A stretch of DNA of 63,166 nucleotides, filler included, from Platydemus manokwari (taxonomy: Eukaryota): NCBI GenBank assembly GCA_037951405.1. It is 6 parts of 6 records of this genome, joined end to end, with 100 filler letters (N's around TTAATTAATTAA, not from the genome) between each part and the next. Parts side by side here need not be neighbours in the genome. Positions count along the whole stretch, not along the records: positions 42,470 to 51,422 come from JBBMOY011323206.1; positions 51,523 to 63,166 come from JBBMOY010478887.1; 4 more parts are not named here. One strand, 5' to 3'. Below the pieces are notes generated by a model. The model was not told the DNA's origin and did no database searches. It saw only the letters and a program-made list of their open reading frames with translations. Below, piece after piece: positions 42,562-54,500 of the stretch. Position 1 is the first letter of the stretch; each line of letters starts with the position of its first letter. Position numbers and translations under genes: made by a program.

Positions 42562-45500
42562 TTTATCGTTAAACCACATATTTCTACTTGTATTGAAAAG
42601 AAAGTTAAATTTGTTGATACCCAAATTCTTTTATAGCAAAATATTAATTTAACAGATATCTCGACATCTGAATTTCAATCGATAAATAAACACAACAACT
42701 TATACCATAGTTCAATTCCCACGAAATTCGACATAACAAGAACTCGGTAAAATAAACATCAAACAAAAAAATCCATTTCTTTCATATATTTTCATTCGTT
42801 ATTTAAAATTTTTCGTTTATGTTAATATCCGAGGCTTCTGTCTTCAGTTTATGGTAAACAGTTTTCCAATTATTTCCCATGGTTAAAAACATATTTACCA
42901 TTAAGCGTTCATTGAATTAGTTAATTGTGTGAATTAGAGTTCACTATTAAGTTGAAGATTTTAAAATTATCTTTTACTATTCTGATTCCATTAAGGATTA
43001 CAATACAACTCTTTGATTTATGAACCTTCAATTGATTCTTATATTTTCAAAGCATATTGATATCAGATTAAAAAAAGTTGCTCTGGTTTTATTATATGCC
43101 TTGTTATAACCGATGATAACGAAGCAATTGGTTGTTAACGTTGTGTTGTTTTGAATCTATTATGTATCTATTAAGTTCATCTATTAAGTCAAGCACTTTT
43201 AGTAAAACAGTATTGTTTCATAATATTATTGAATAAATAATTTCTGACTCACCTTGTTATATTTGTCACACAATTGAATTTTGATCAATTTATACAGAAT
43301 GATTGATAAAGTTGCAATAATTATTACTGAATCAGAAAAATTATTAATCACAGCATGTTCATGGAGGCAGAATATGTTTAGCTCATTTGATAGAAAAATC
43401 ATGGGATAAAAATTGTTCCTTTTGTTCAAAATGATATTTCTCTAATATTATAATTAAATCAACCATTGAGTCCAATTTTAGACTGATAGACTCTTAAAAA
43501 CAGTTTGGACTATTTTAACTGAAAATTCAAATGAAATTAGGTTGCGATTTTAAGCTGACCAATGACTATAGTAAGAGAAGCCACCTGTTTCCAGAAGGTA
43601 GTTTCGATAACATTCTATTACAATAAATAAATATAATAAATGCAGTAAATATATGATATTTAATAAATAAATTACTTTCACTGATAAAAAAATACAATTT
43701 CAAGATACTCAACGAAATTAAATTAAGCATCTATTATATTGGTACACAAAATGTGACCCTTAATGGCTGATGCACCCACTGGATTCACAAAATAAGACGT
43801 ATATATAAATTTGTATTTAATTTTAAACGTAGCACAAAGTTTTCTAGAATTGGCTGTTTTAATTGATAAAAATAAAAAAACACACTAATATTTATTTATT
43901 ACAAACAAGATCTTCACGGGGCGGTGGGGAAATCCTTCACGTCCACTTTAAAATTTCGATATAATATTTGCAGTTCTATCTTCCTAATTTGAGCTTCATA
44001 AGGTAGAAGCCCATTGAACGCATTTTACCGAAATGCATAGTGGATATATGTGATTAAGATTAAACAGATTATAGGATATTGGAGATGCTTTCCAAATGGA
44101 TTTCTGTCGGTTGAGGAATTCGATAGTGAAACTATGATGTACAGTAAAACTTGACACTTAATAAGAATAATTGATGAACAAAATCTGACTCGCTATGAAA
44201 AGTGAAATCGAAAACTACATATTTTGTTCTTGTGAAAGTTAAATCTTGGCCGTATATTCAGCCAAACTTTATTAGTTTTATAAAATACTTACTTTATATA
44301 ATGGTAATGTGCAAGTGGGTGTAATTCTGATTTATTGCTGGTATTCATACTGGATTTCAGTGTGGCATTACTTTGTTGAGAGTGCTTGGTCAATACACAA
44401 ATAATTTCAAAATCATCCCAAAGAAATGCCTAATTGTTTTTTATTCATCTTTCCTTTAAACTTCTCTTTGTTTCCAACGAACAAGTATTATTTATTTGAT
44501 TTATATAGACAATACTTTGGTTTGTTTTTATTTTGTATTTTCGAAATGTATTTTTCTTCAGTTAATTGCTTTGTTAATAAGCAATGATGTATTATCTTAG
44601 TCCTGTCAACAAGGGCATTTAAAATTTTTGCATTTTTTGTTATTTTTTTAAAAATATGATTTTTTAGTAATTTAATTTAATGTAATTATTAATTAATATT
44701 TATTATGATGCTTATGTACATCATCACAAGAAAAGAAAATGAAATGTTCCTCGCCAGTTACTAATATATTGATAAATTTAGATTTTATCAGTTGAGACAT
44801 TTCCATTGGAATGATTATCTCGTATTATAATTTAAATAACTCTGGCAAAGTCGACATAATATTAAGAAAAGTTTAGAAAATTTATTTATTTATAAATTTA
44901 TTCGCCATTCCAAAGAAGGTAATAAATTATTGGAGTTTACAAGTAATTTTAAAATTTTTGAACTAAAATAGAACTTAGTCTTCATCTTCGCAATTACTAA
45001 AATGTTTTTTTAATTTAATTCTACATGAAACTAAATAGTACTGCAACGTTTTCAATTATCTCCATCATTTTTATAACCATAAAAAATAATCATTTACTTT
45101 TAATCTAATATAGTCATGGTGACATTTAATAATTGGAAATTTCATTTCAGTAAACACTTCATGATTTTTGAAATATTTTTTCGTAAAAAAATCATTTAAA
45201 GCAAATTTAAAATACATTTATATAGTTTCTTTGCAATTCATAAATTATACATTTATAATTTTTTTTTCAAATTTATTTATCAATTCGAAAGTTCGTACTT
45301 CAAAAACAAACCACGTGGCTTGAAATATTTGCAATAAAACAGTAATTATACAATTACTAATATTCTAGAGATATTATTGGTTAATTATTATTTCGTCACA
45401 TTAAATTAATAATGTTGTTGAAATTTGGTTCGTTCTTTTCTGTACCGGTGTCCACACTATCAACCATAACATACATACAACATACACAATGGCGCCACCA

Positions 45501-46800
45501 AATGCACCTACAAAACAAAACAGTATTGATAGAAAAAAAATGAGTGACGGGTAAATAAATTTGACCAAATTAAATATCATTTGAACATACTATTAATCAA
45601 GAACAGGTGTATAAATCGTTCCACGTGTGCTATCCAAAAATCAATATGCAATTTTAGACAATTCAGTTTAGCCGTACAATTTTAACGATTTCTTTATTCG
45701 TGTTTTATTTCATAATCTTACATATTTTTTCTAAAAGTGTACAAAAAACTAAAACTTGATGACAACCTTTGAATTTTCTTATTCTAATCAAACTAAAATT
45801 CTACATATAACATTTTTAAAAATTCATTTATCACATATACAATTATCGTTTTGATTGTCTAGTGTAGTTGCATCTGATTTACTCAGGGCACTTTTGATTT
45901 TAAATATAAGAAAAATACTCACACAAGTCCCATATACAGTTAAGGTTATCTAAAACAAAAGAGAATATTCAAGAAAATGAAAATGAAAATCAACTAACTG
46001 TACTTCTGCCACGGTTTGTATATGTATTAAACCATCTACGCCAACCTTTAAACATATCATCTGGAACATCATGCCCTCCCATTTAATTAAAAATTAAGAG
46101 AAATCAATCGTCTGTATATAAAATTATATTTGATTTTTAATAGATTTATCAATATTTTCTTTTTAATAATATCTTTTGTAATACAGTTCTTAATATATAA
46201 TAATAATCACTGATAATTATTTCAAAAGATTAGAAAGTCTTAATTGTAATTTATGTTGCAAGTATTTTTCATATCGATATTTTTTATGTTTAATATGTGA
46301 TAAAAAGGTTTCAAACGATTCAATTAATATCCAAATAAAAAAAATAATATTTAATTTTAGGAGTTCAGTAATGTTTTTTAAACACTTATGGCAAGAAAGA
46401 TAATTGTAGTACTTGTTTTCCATTGATATAATATTCTTTTAAATTTAAGAAAAAATTATGCGGGATTATAATTTTCTAATTATTCAAATAAAAATAGAAT
46501 TAAATAATTATGCTATATCAAATTTCTTTAAATAACAATATAAATTAATAGAAAATAATTTGATTTTAAGAATTTGAATTTAAAAAATTACATAGAAATT
46601 ATAAGATAAAATTCGGTTTTAAAATATCTTAATCTTTAACCTTCGGATTTTAATATTTAAAGAAAAATTTTATAATATTAACAAAATACAAAGCACAATT
46701 TGTTTAAACTATTCATTTAAACCTTGTGAAAATCTGCTGCAATTCTATTTCGATCACAAGTTTTTGCTGAGGCGTATTTGAATTATTTTACAAAGTTCCA

Positions 46801-49800
46801 ATGGCTTGGATGAATCAAAATGTAAATCAGGATAAACAAATGCGATATCAAACGAATTCTAATAATTTTTATAATACTTTGGTTAACATAAGAGATATCA
46901 ATACAGATTTACAAAATATTAAAATACGTGGTTTGGTTATTTCAAAACGACCGCTTAGATTAACTAAAATTTCTTACGATAACAATTCTTCCATTCAAAA
47001 TTTTTCATTTCGAGGAGTATTTAATTTTACTCTGCGTGATAGTGTGACTGATTGTATCAATATAACATCATGGGGAAAATCTGAATTTTCGAAAAAGCTT
47101 TTTGCTTCCTTTCATATTGGTAGATGAAATTGATTCTTTTTGAAATCAAATATTGATGTTGTAGGAGATATCTTACTGGTTTCCAATCCGATAATAGGAA
47201 AGAAATGCAACAAGTATGAAGATTATGAAGTCCAAACAACTTGTAATTACAATTTGACGATTAATGAAAAGCAAAGTACCATTGAAATGTATTATGGAGG
47301 TGATCGGAATAATATTCTTGCTCTCCAAGTTAGATGAAATTATGTACTTCAATAATGTTTCGACGGTAACAATCTGACTATTTAATTTATTGGAATCACA
47401 AAAATCGTTACCATTGAAATATCATTTACTAGATTTTATTTAATATGTTATCATTGTCTAGAGATGATGAAAATATTTAATTCAGAATACTTTGCTTCAT
47501 TCCATGTCGGATCATGTAACACTGTTAAATATGATTCGATATGTCGAATCTTCTCCTAAGCAAGCTCAAATTAAAGGACAACATTTCACGTTTCTTGCCA
47601 TGGTTCGAGAAATTGGTGTTCCTCAAGATCTGTTGTCGAAAACCATAAAAGATGAAAACAATCAAAGCAAAATCCTCCATAAAATGGATGTCATTCTGTC
47701 GGATGAATCTTGCAAGACTTTTCCAATCACAATGTGGGACATGGAGTGGATTGACTTCGCCAGAATCCATTGGATACCCGGTGTTACTGTGCTGTCATTG
47801 GTGGATTGCAAGGTTAAATATGATGAATACAGGCGAGGAATTATTGGAGTTATGGACGGTCGCACGATCTCGATTCTAAATCCTGAAATCATGGAGTCGC
47901 ATCAGTTGAGACATCTGATCAATATCCAAAAGGTTCTCAATTCCAATACCGGAGCCAGTGATCAAAGAGAATCTATTAATGAATCGATCGGTATCAAGAA
48001 AGATATCCCAGAATCAGAAATTCCATTGAGCAGCATTCAAAATGTTGCTTCGGTCAAGGCAGTTTTATCCCGATCAAGTTCGTTGAGATCAACATTGGAT
48101 AAAGCTAATCGTAATTTTTTAAGTGGACAACGAATACGGAATCATTTATGGCGTTCTCAGCAACTTCAATATCGATTATGAGGATCCTCTGAAACATTTC
48201 ATTTGGTTAAAATGCAAGAACTGTAAAAGAAGAATTGCTGTAAATCAGCCTTACTGTACAACTTTGGACTGTCCAATGATTGGACAGAATGTTTCCTGGA
48301 GAAACAAAAGTGCAGTAGAGGTTTGTAGCTAAAAATATCTAAGATTTATAAATTCAAACCTTGTCGCATTTTATCATTGATTATATTTTAGCAATTTATT
48401 GATTACATTTTCTTCGAAGGTTCTCCATTAATGATAATCTGAATTAAACAATGCCTATATTGTCGTTATCTTGTAATATTTACATTATTGATTAATTCTT
48501 TGATAATAATAATAATAATATAATAATTATATCAATTATAATGATAATAATATTAATGATATCGATCATAATAACGTTGATAAAAATAATGATGATTATA
48601 ATATTATTAGTAATAATTATAATAATAATCTTACTCGTGACACTGGTGTTTTCGATTCATCAGATATGTAGTTCTGGTTAAGGTTTTACTTAAAATACAT
48701 TCTAAATCACAATATACAGAGTTTGAACTACAAATGAAGTTGTAGTTGAGTAGCATTCATGTCAACAAATTATGGGTAAATCCTGGTATAATACTGATAT
48801 ATTAGTTCCGAATCTACTTCTGGCTGTTACTACAAACCCTGATACATGTACGATATCTATTGCACGTATTATAAAAATACTGCGGTAATTCCACTATTAG
48901 ACTATTTTAACAATTTTATGGATTTCGTATTTCACAGAAATAACGTTGAAATAATAAATAATAATTCTTACTTCTTTTTCCTTCCTATTTGAAATTGGAA
49001 AAGTAACCGTTTGTTTTTCTTTTTTATAATGATTTTTACAACACACGTTTTTGTGCTTGCTAGCAATCTCTTACTAAGATATATAATATTTTTATTTGTA
49101 GAAGAATTGTGCGAAGTACATTTTATTTCAACTTAATGAATTTTTGTTTATTTATTATTAAATTGAATTTGTAATTTTTGGTTATCAATTTCTCTGTTAA
49201 ATAAATTCTGCTTTTATAAAAGGGATGTTGATGTTTAAGGGATTTTTAAGGCTATATTATTTCATATTATTTCGTTCTTCTGAAGCAACTAATTTTACTT
49301 ATTTGTTATTTATTGAATTTTATTGATTGTTACTGTTTTACAGGGCCCATTAATAATAATAATAATAATTTACGCTAATAATAATAATTAAGAGTTACAT
49401 TTCGATAAACTACATAAAAATAATTCAATACTCAGTATGCGATGTTTGCCAATTCCTAATACACATTTCTTTATTTATAATTTGCACTTGAGTAGAAATA
49501 CAGATCAAAAATTGTACCAGATCAAAATGGTTATTGTAAATGTTACTGATAGTCATATTTCGTAGTTCTTTGTAGTTAGAACGATAGGATAGGGCTTGTT
49601 TTATGATTTTTTCTTATTTCTCTTAATGTTAGATTCAACTCAATTTTGTTATAGTTAATAATTCTGACAAATGTAAGTTACTTCAATAAAACTCAATCAA
49701 TGCAAATATTAAACAAAATATCAAATTTTTCTGGAAAAAGATCTGAAAATATTATAAAATTATTTTATAGGTTGAATTCAATATGGTAATCCATATAACA

Positions 49801-50106
49801 GATCACACTGGGACTTTGAAGAAATGCTTACTCTCGGGAAAAGTTATGGAGGACTTTCTGCGATGTGATCCATATCAATTAATGGAAATCGATTGTAAAT
49901 CACGATCGCAGCTTAAATGGAATTTTTTTCTTAATCGATATAAAGTATGTACATGATCTTAAAAATAAAATTACTAGCTTGACCAATAAATTTAGTTTTA
50001 CATTAAGAAAGCTCTTCCAACATTTGATAACATTAATCCTTTCACTAAGATATTAGGTATACAAATACCAACAGTTTACGAGATATTGGCTTCTGTGAAA
50101 GAATGA
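46801..50106 (+). CDS. MEIOB: Meiosis-specific OB-fold ssDNA-binding protein MEIOB (RPA1 paralogue), 6 exons, 518 aa
   Basis: Exons spliced by hand at GT-AG sites with matching phases: 46801-47119, 47165-47328, 47486-48077, 48124-48320, 49771-49944, 49996-50106 (1557 nt, ending TGA). Translated motifs FNFTLRDSVTDCINITSWG, FHIGDILLVSNP, LSDESCKTFPITMWD, a C4 zinc ribbon (CKNC...CTTLDC), ITDHTGTL and QLKWNFFLNRYK match recalled MEIOB sequence (FSFTIRDS..NAASWG, FRVGDCVIIENP, LTDHTGTL, LKWQFLLERSK). The last two exons are missing from the ORF track. Confidence 0.9.
48660..48860 (-). mobile_element. Gypsy-like aspartic protease remnant inside MEIOB intron 4
   Basis: Allowing small frameshifts, the minus strand reads VSGFVVTA-VDS-GTNISVL and later ECILSK. 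These resemble the retropepsin motifs LVDSGA..S and CILG.D. Confidence 0.45.
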
Positions 50107-50178
50107 TTAACAGAGAACATTTTTATAAATTTTGTTTCTGTTTTTTACAATCACTAACTTGTTTTATAATTTTGGTTT

Positions 50179-50184
50179 AATAAA
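50179..50184 (+). promoter_or_regulatory. Candidate polyadenylation signal of MEIOB
   Basis: AATAAA about 70 nt after the stop codon, followed by T-rich sequence. The hexamer is common in this AT-rich DNA. Confidence 0.35.
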
Positions 50185-51254
50185 TAGTTTTTTTTTATCG
50201 AAAAATGAGTTTTATTTAGTTTTGTTAAATAAAATGGTAAATATATGTTATGTATGTTATGGGTGGTTGTATTTTAACGGAAATTAATTAAATTAAATAC
50301 GGCTATCTAAAGGTTGAGTTTAATGGATGGAATTAGCCCACGAATCTGATTGAAGGCGCTGTAAAATTAAATGAGTTAATCAGCCACCTCCAGGTAATTG
50401 ATTATTATACAAAAGTGTCTTGGGATTTTTACGTGAATTAGTTTTATAAGTCCATTGATTTTTTATCGTATTGAACTCAATATCAAAAAAATAAATGTAT
50501 TTTTATAGATATATTTTTGAGAAAAAACAAACGGAACCCAGTCGAAATCGTAACATAAAAAGTATGAGTAAATGGTCATCACGTTGCCTCAGCAAGTAGC
50601 CAGCAAAGTACGAAGCGGACGGAGGAAAGATTCGTTAGATAGAAGAGAACTTTTGGCAAAATATTAGCAATACAATCATATACAAATATGACTGTTCAAT
50701 GTTATTATCGATAATCAATATAATTAAAATGTAACAACTGAAATATTAAAATATAACGTGGGTGCAATGTTATTTATGAAAATTATAATCTAAATTTTAA
50801 AATGACTGATTGTGAAAAACTACTCAATAAAAAAAGGGTCTTACTCCGCTCTAGTTGGTTTCAGAAAGACATACAATTCCATGTTTTCTCGAATGTTTCA
50901 GTAAAAGATATCCTCCTCGTGAATGTATGGATTACAGGTAAATTATGTTCGTGAGTAAAATATTTTCGCTGTATTCCAAATGAAAATTTAATTTGTGCGT
51001 GATTTTGGTGTATGGTTTTTGTGTTGTGGTTGTTGTTGAGGTGGTTGGCTCTGTTTTCAGCTCGGTATTTATACCTTGCTGTACCAGCCTCCGCCTTCTA
51101 TTTTTGGAAACATTGTTACCATCGACAATTAATTTCCATTATGTCGACATTCCACACTATTTAATTATCAATTTGTTATAATTGCATTCCATAGTGTCTG
51201 CTTAATTGTAAATATAATGTACAAAAGTACTAATAATTTTTTTCTATTTTTTTC

Positions 51255-51422
51255 TCGATGCAAGAACGACTTCTTTTTGGCACCCAATTTCCGTGCATTT
51301 GGATATGCAAAATCGCCTTTCCACATCTCTCGGTTTCAACTCGTAAGGCGCATGGAAATGGCTGCTTGAGTCACACCCAATGATTCCGCAAGTTCTTCTT
51401 GTGCTTGACACGAGTCTTGATC
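51255..51422 (-). mobile_element. Rearranged mariner transposase fragment, cut by the contig end
   Basis: Blocks DQDSCQAQEELAESLGVTQAAISMRL, PYELKPRDVERRFCIS, GNWVP and KKSFLHR correspond to the second HTH, the WVPHEL linker and the pre-catalytic FLHRI region of mariner transposases. Confidence 0.85.
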
Positions 51423-51522
51423 NNNNNNNNNNNNNNNNNNNNNNNNNNNNNNNNNNNNNNNNNNNNTTAATTAATTAANNNNNNNNNNNNNNNNNNNNNN
51501 NNNNNNNNNNNNNNNNNNNNNN
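51423..51522. other. Artificial contig spacer
   Basis: Same N/TTAATTAATTAA/N structure. Confidence 0.97.
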
Positions 51523-54500
51523 GATAACAATATTTTTACTAACCTAGCAGTGGATCAAATCATTATCGATTATGAATCATATCATGATATATTCAGATTG
51601 AACATTTCACCACCCACAAAGCTAATAGTAACCTAACAAAAACAATATACCAATTAGAATAAAATAATATTGTTCCGCCAAAAATCAGACATTGATTTTA
51701 AATTTGTTTCAGTGAGTGATATTTTGATTTTCGTTCTGGTCTAAATAGCAATCACACGTTACAGAAATTTAATTAAATTTATAATGGAACAAATTTTAAA
51801 TAATTTAAAAATAAATTATTAAAAAATGTTTTATATTTAAAATTTTTTTTAATTTTTTTTAATTTTACTTTATTTTTTAAAAATTTATTACGGAATAATA
51901 TTTTTAAAATTTAAATATATTTATATATTTATTTTAGCATTGATATTTCTGATTAATCGAGACACAGTTGAAGATATTTTAATTTTTTAAATAAATAAAT
52001 ATTTTAAAATACTTCTTAATGGGTGATTTTAACGAATTTCAACTTTTGAGTGAGGGGTCTTGCACTGGCACAATTAATATTATTATTTTATCGGATTGGT
52101 GTTAAGTTTTCTGATTCTTTTCTTAAAACAGAAATTCTTTCAAAATATTTTTTTTCTCAAAATTCCTCCCAATAAAAATATAAATAATAATTAAAAAATG
52201 AGACTTTTAAATTTTGGAATAGACCACTAAAATATGTGTTAATAGATGAACAAATTAATGCTACTCGAATTAAAAGATATTGATTGAAATATTGTTTCCA
52301 AATATTTTTCAACTCTTTTTCTTTTTGTTTCTTTCAATTTAATAAACCAGAAATTATATTAATTGATTATTATTTTCTTTCTTTTCTAAATTTTTCACAC
52401 TATCTCGGTTGTTGATCTTCTCGGAATCGAATCAAATGCGCGATTTCCATGTTAGTTGCTACTCTTTCATTTAAAGCGCGTTGAGGACAATTTTAAGACA
52501 GCAGCACAAAAAGTATTTTTAACTACAAATATGATAATTAAAATATCGATTTTCAATATAACTGTATCAATTAAATATCAAATCATTAAAATCCTCAAAA
52601 TAACAATAAAAATAAAAATGATATCCAAACCGATAAATTCCCAAAGATTGGTGTCGCATAAATTTCAAATGTTAGCTGGGTATTTTCAATGTTAAGTCCA
52701 AATAAGCATCAAGAAATAGTATGAGCAAATAATAAATAAATTCATTAAGATACTTCATCATAAAACAGCAATATACTAAACTCAAAGTTTCATGAAAAAC
52801 GAGACACAATCTTCTCCAGAAGACATCAAAATTAATAAATAAATAAATGATGACGATTTTATATACGGCATTTAAAGTAAGAATTGTGATTAATTTTTAC
52901 GGGTTACTTAGCTCAGTCAAATGGTGAAAGGTCTTATTTAAAATTGATAATAATGAGTTGTTATTTAATAACGATGAAATGATAATAAAATTAAAAAAAC
53001 CCAATTAATTAATTAAACTTGATAAAAAATAAAGTAACTAGCTTAATTAAAAACAAAATCGATACGTTAAATGATACGGTTGGCTAAAATTCGAGAACAT
53101 TTAATCAAAAAAGCATGATTTTAATGAGATTAAAAATAATAAAAAAATAAAATTCAATTAGAGGTTTCTAATTCCAATAACAACTCATTAATAGAATTCA
53201 CTATTAACGGATTATTAAAACAAAATGATTTTACTTCATTAAGCCATACAGAATTATATTAGGTTGAATGACAAATTATTGAAGAGATTTATGCATTACA
53301 TGATGCCGTAATCTGATATGTTCTGTGACAATTTTGAAGTTTTGTTGGTCACAATTTAGTTATCATTATTTTATATACAACTCAATTCGATTCAAATCAG
53401 AAAAATCTCTTTCATCACATCACTATAGATCATCACTAATTTATTTCCTTTAATTTTTAAATTTCGTTCTTGTAAATTCGTAATATAATTTCAATAAATG
53501 AGATTACATTTGACTGATTATTTTAAATAAAAAATATATTGATATTTAAAAATATAATTGATCAATATCATTTGTTTGAATATTTCATTAAAATAATGGG
53601 TTTTCATCTGTTTTCAATTTTCGTGTTTAAGAATCTAGCAGCAGCTATGTGATAAAGCTTTTAGAATTCATGCAATTTTGTTATTAATTTTGAGCGTGAA
53701 TCTCATTTGTTGATTTTTCTGTTTTGATAGAATAAAATCTGATTCCAATTTGACAATACATATTTCAATAATAGGTTCCTAAGATTTGGAAGTTATATTT
53801 CATTTTATAGCTCAGTAGATAGGCGTCGTTGTTATGTACTTTGGCCTTCCTGTCACTGGATGTTTAAGTGTTTTAACAATAATAATGGACTTAGAAGAAA
53901 TGGTTTCCGATATGTCAGTTTTAAATTCTGTAATAATCAGATTAATGACTTACATAGCAGTTCTAGTGATTGTGATTAGAAAGTAGGAAATATGTAAGGG
54001 TAGGTCATTGACCAATCTAGCACTGATGAATAGAAATAAGTACCAAAACGATTATGTCGATAGAAAAACTTTATTGAAATTTCCAGTGATTGAATCATAT
54101 AATTCTTACAATTCGTATATTGAAAAATTCGATTTTTATTAGCGTGGCATTTCAATGACGTTTAAAATCAATGAAATACACGAATTCTATTTTCCAATTA
54201 ATTTATATTTTCGAAAATCATATAAATCTGAGATTCAAATTAATAAATGGAAGAGGAATAAATTCAAAACAATTTTTCATTAATCTATTTATGTAGATGC
54301 ATTATTGCTGTTTTAACAAAGCCTTGTGATTAATATTATTAAAACGACAATAATAATAAAAAGGCTAAAGTTAAAAAGGGTCCTATAATGAATTTTTAAA
54401 TTTGTTAAGTGTATTGCAAAAATTTAAATAGTTTATTTATTTATTTTATTTAAAAACATTTTGAATGTTTTATTTAAGTATCTAAGAAGAATTTTAGTTG

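Noticed and set aside
44240-44480. pogo DDE-like fragments (FLWDDF, SELHPL) on the minus strand
   Set aside because: Similarity is too fragmentary to call without an alignment.
47525-47892. ORFs overlapping MEIOB exon 3 in other frames or antisense
   Set aside because: These are shadow ORFs of a higher-GC real exon and carry no independent motif.
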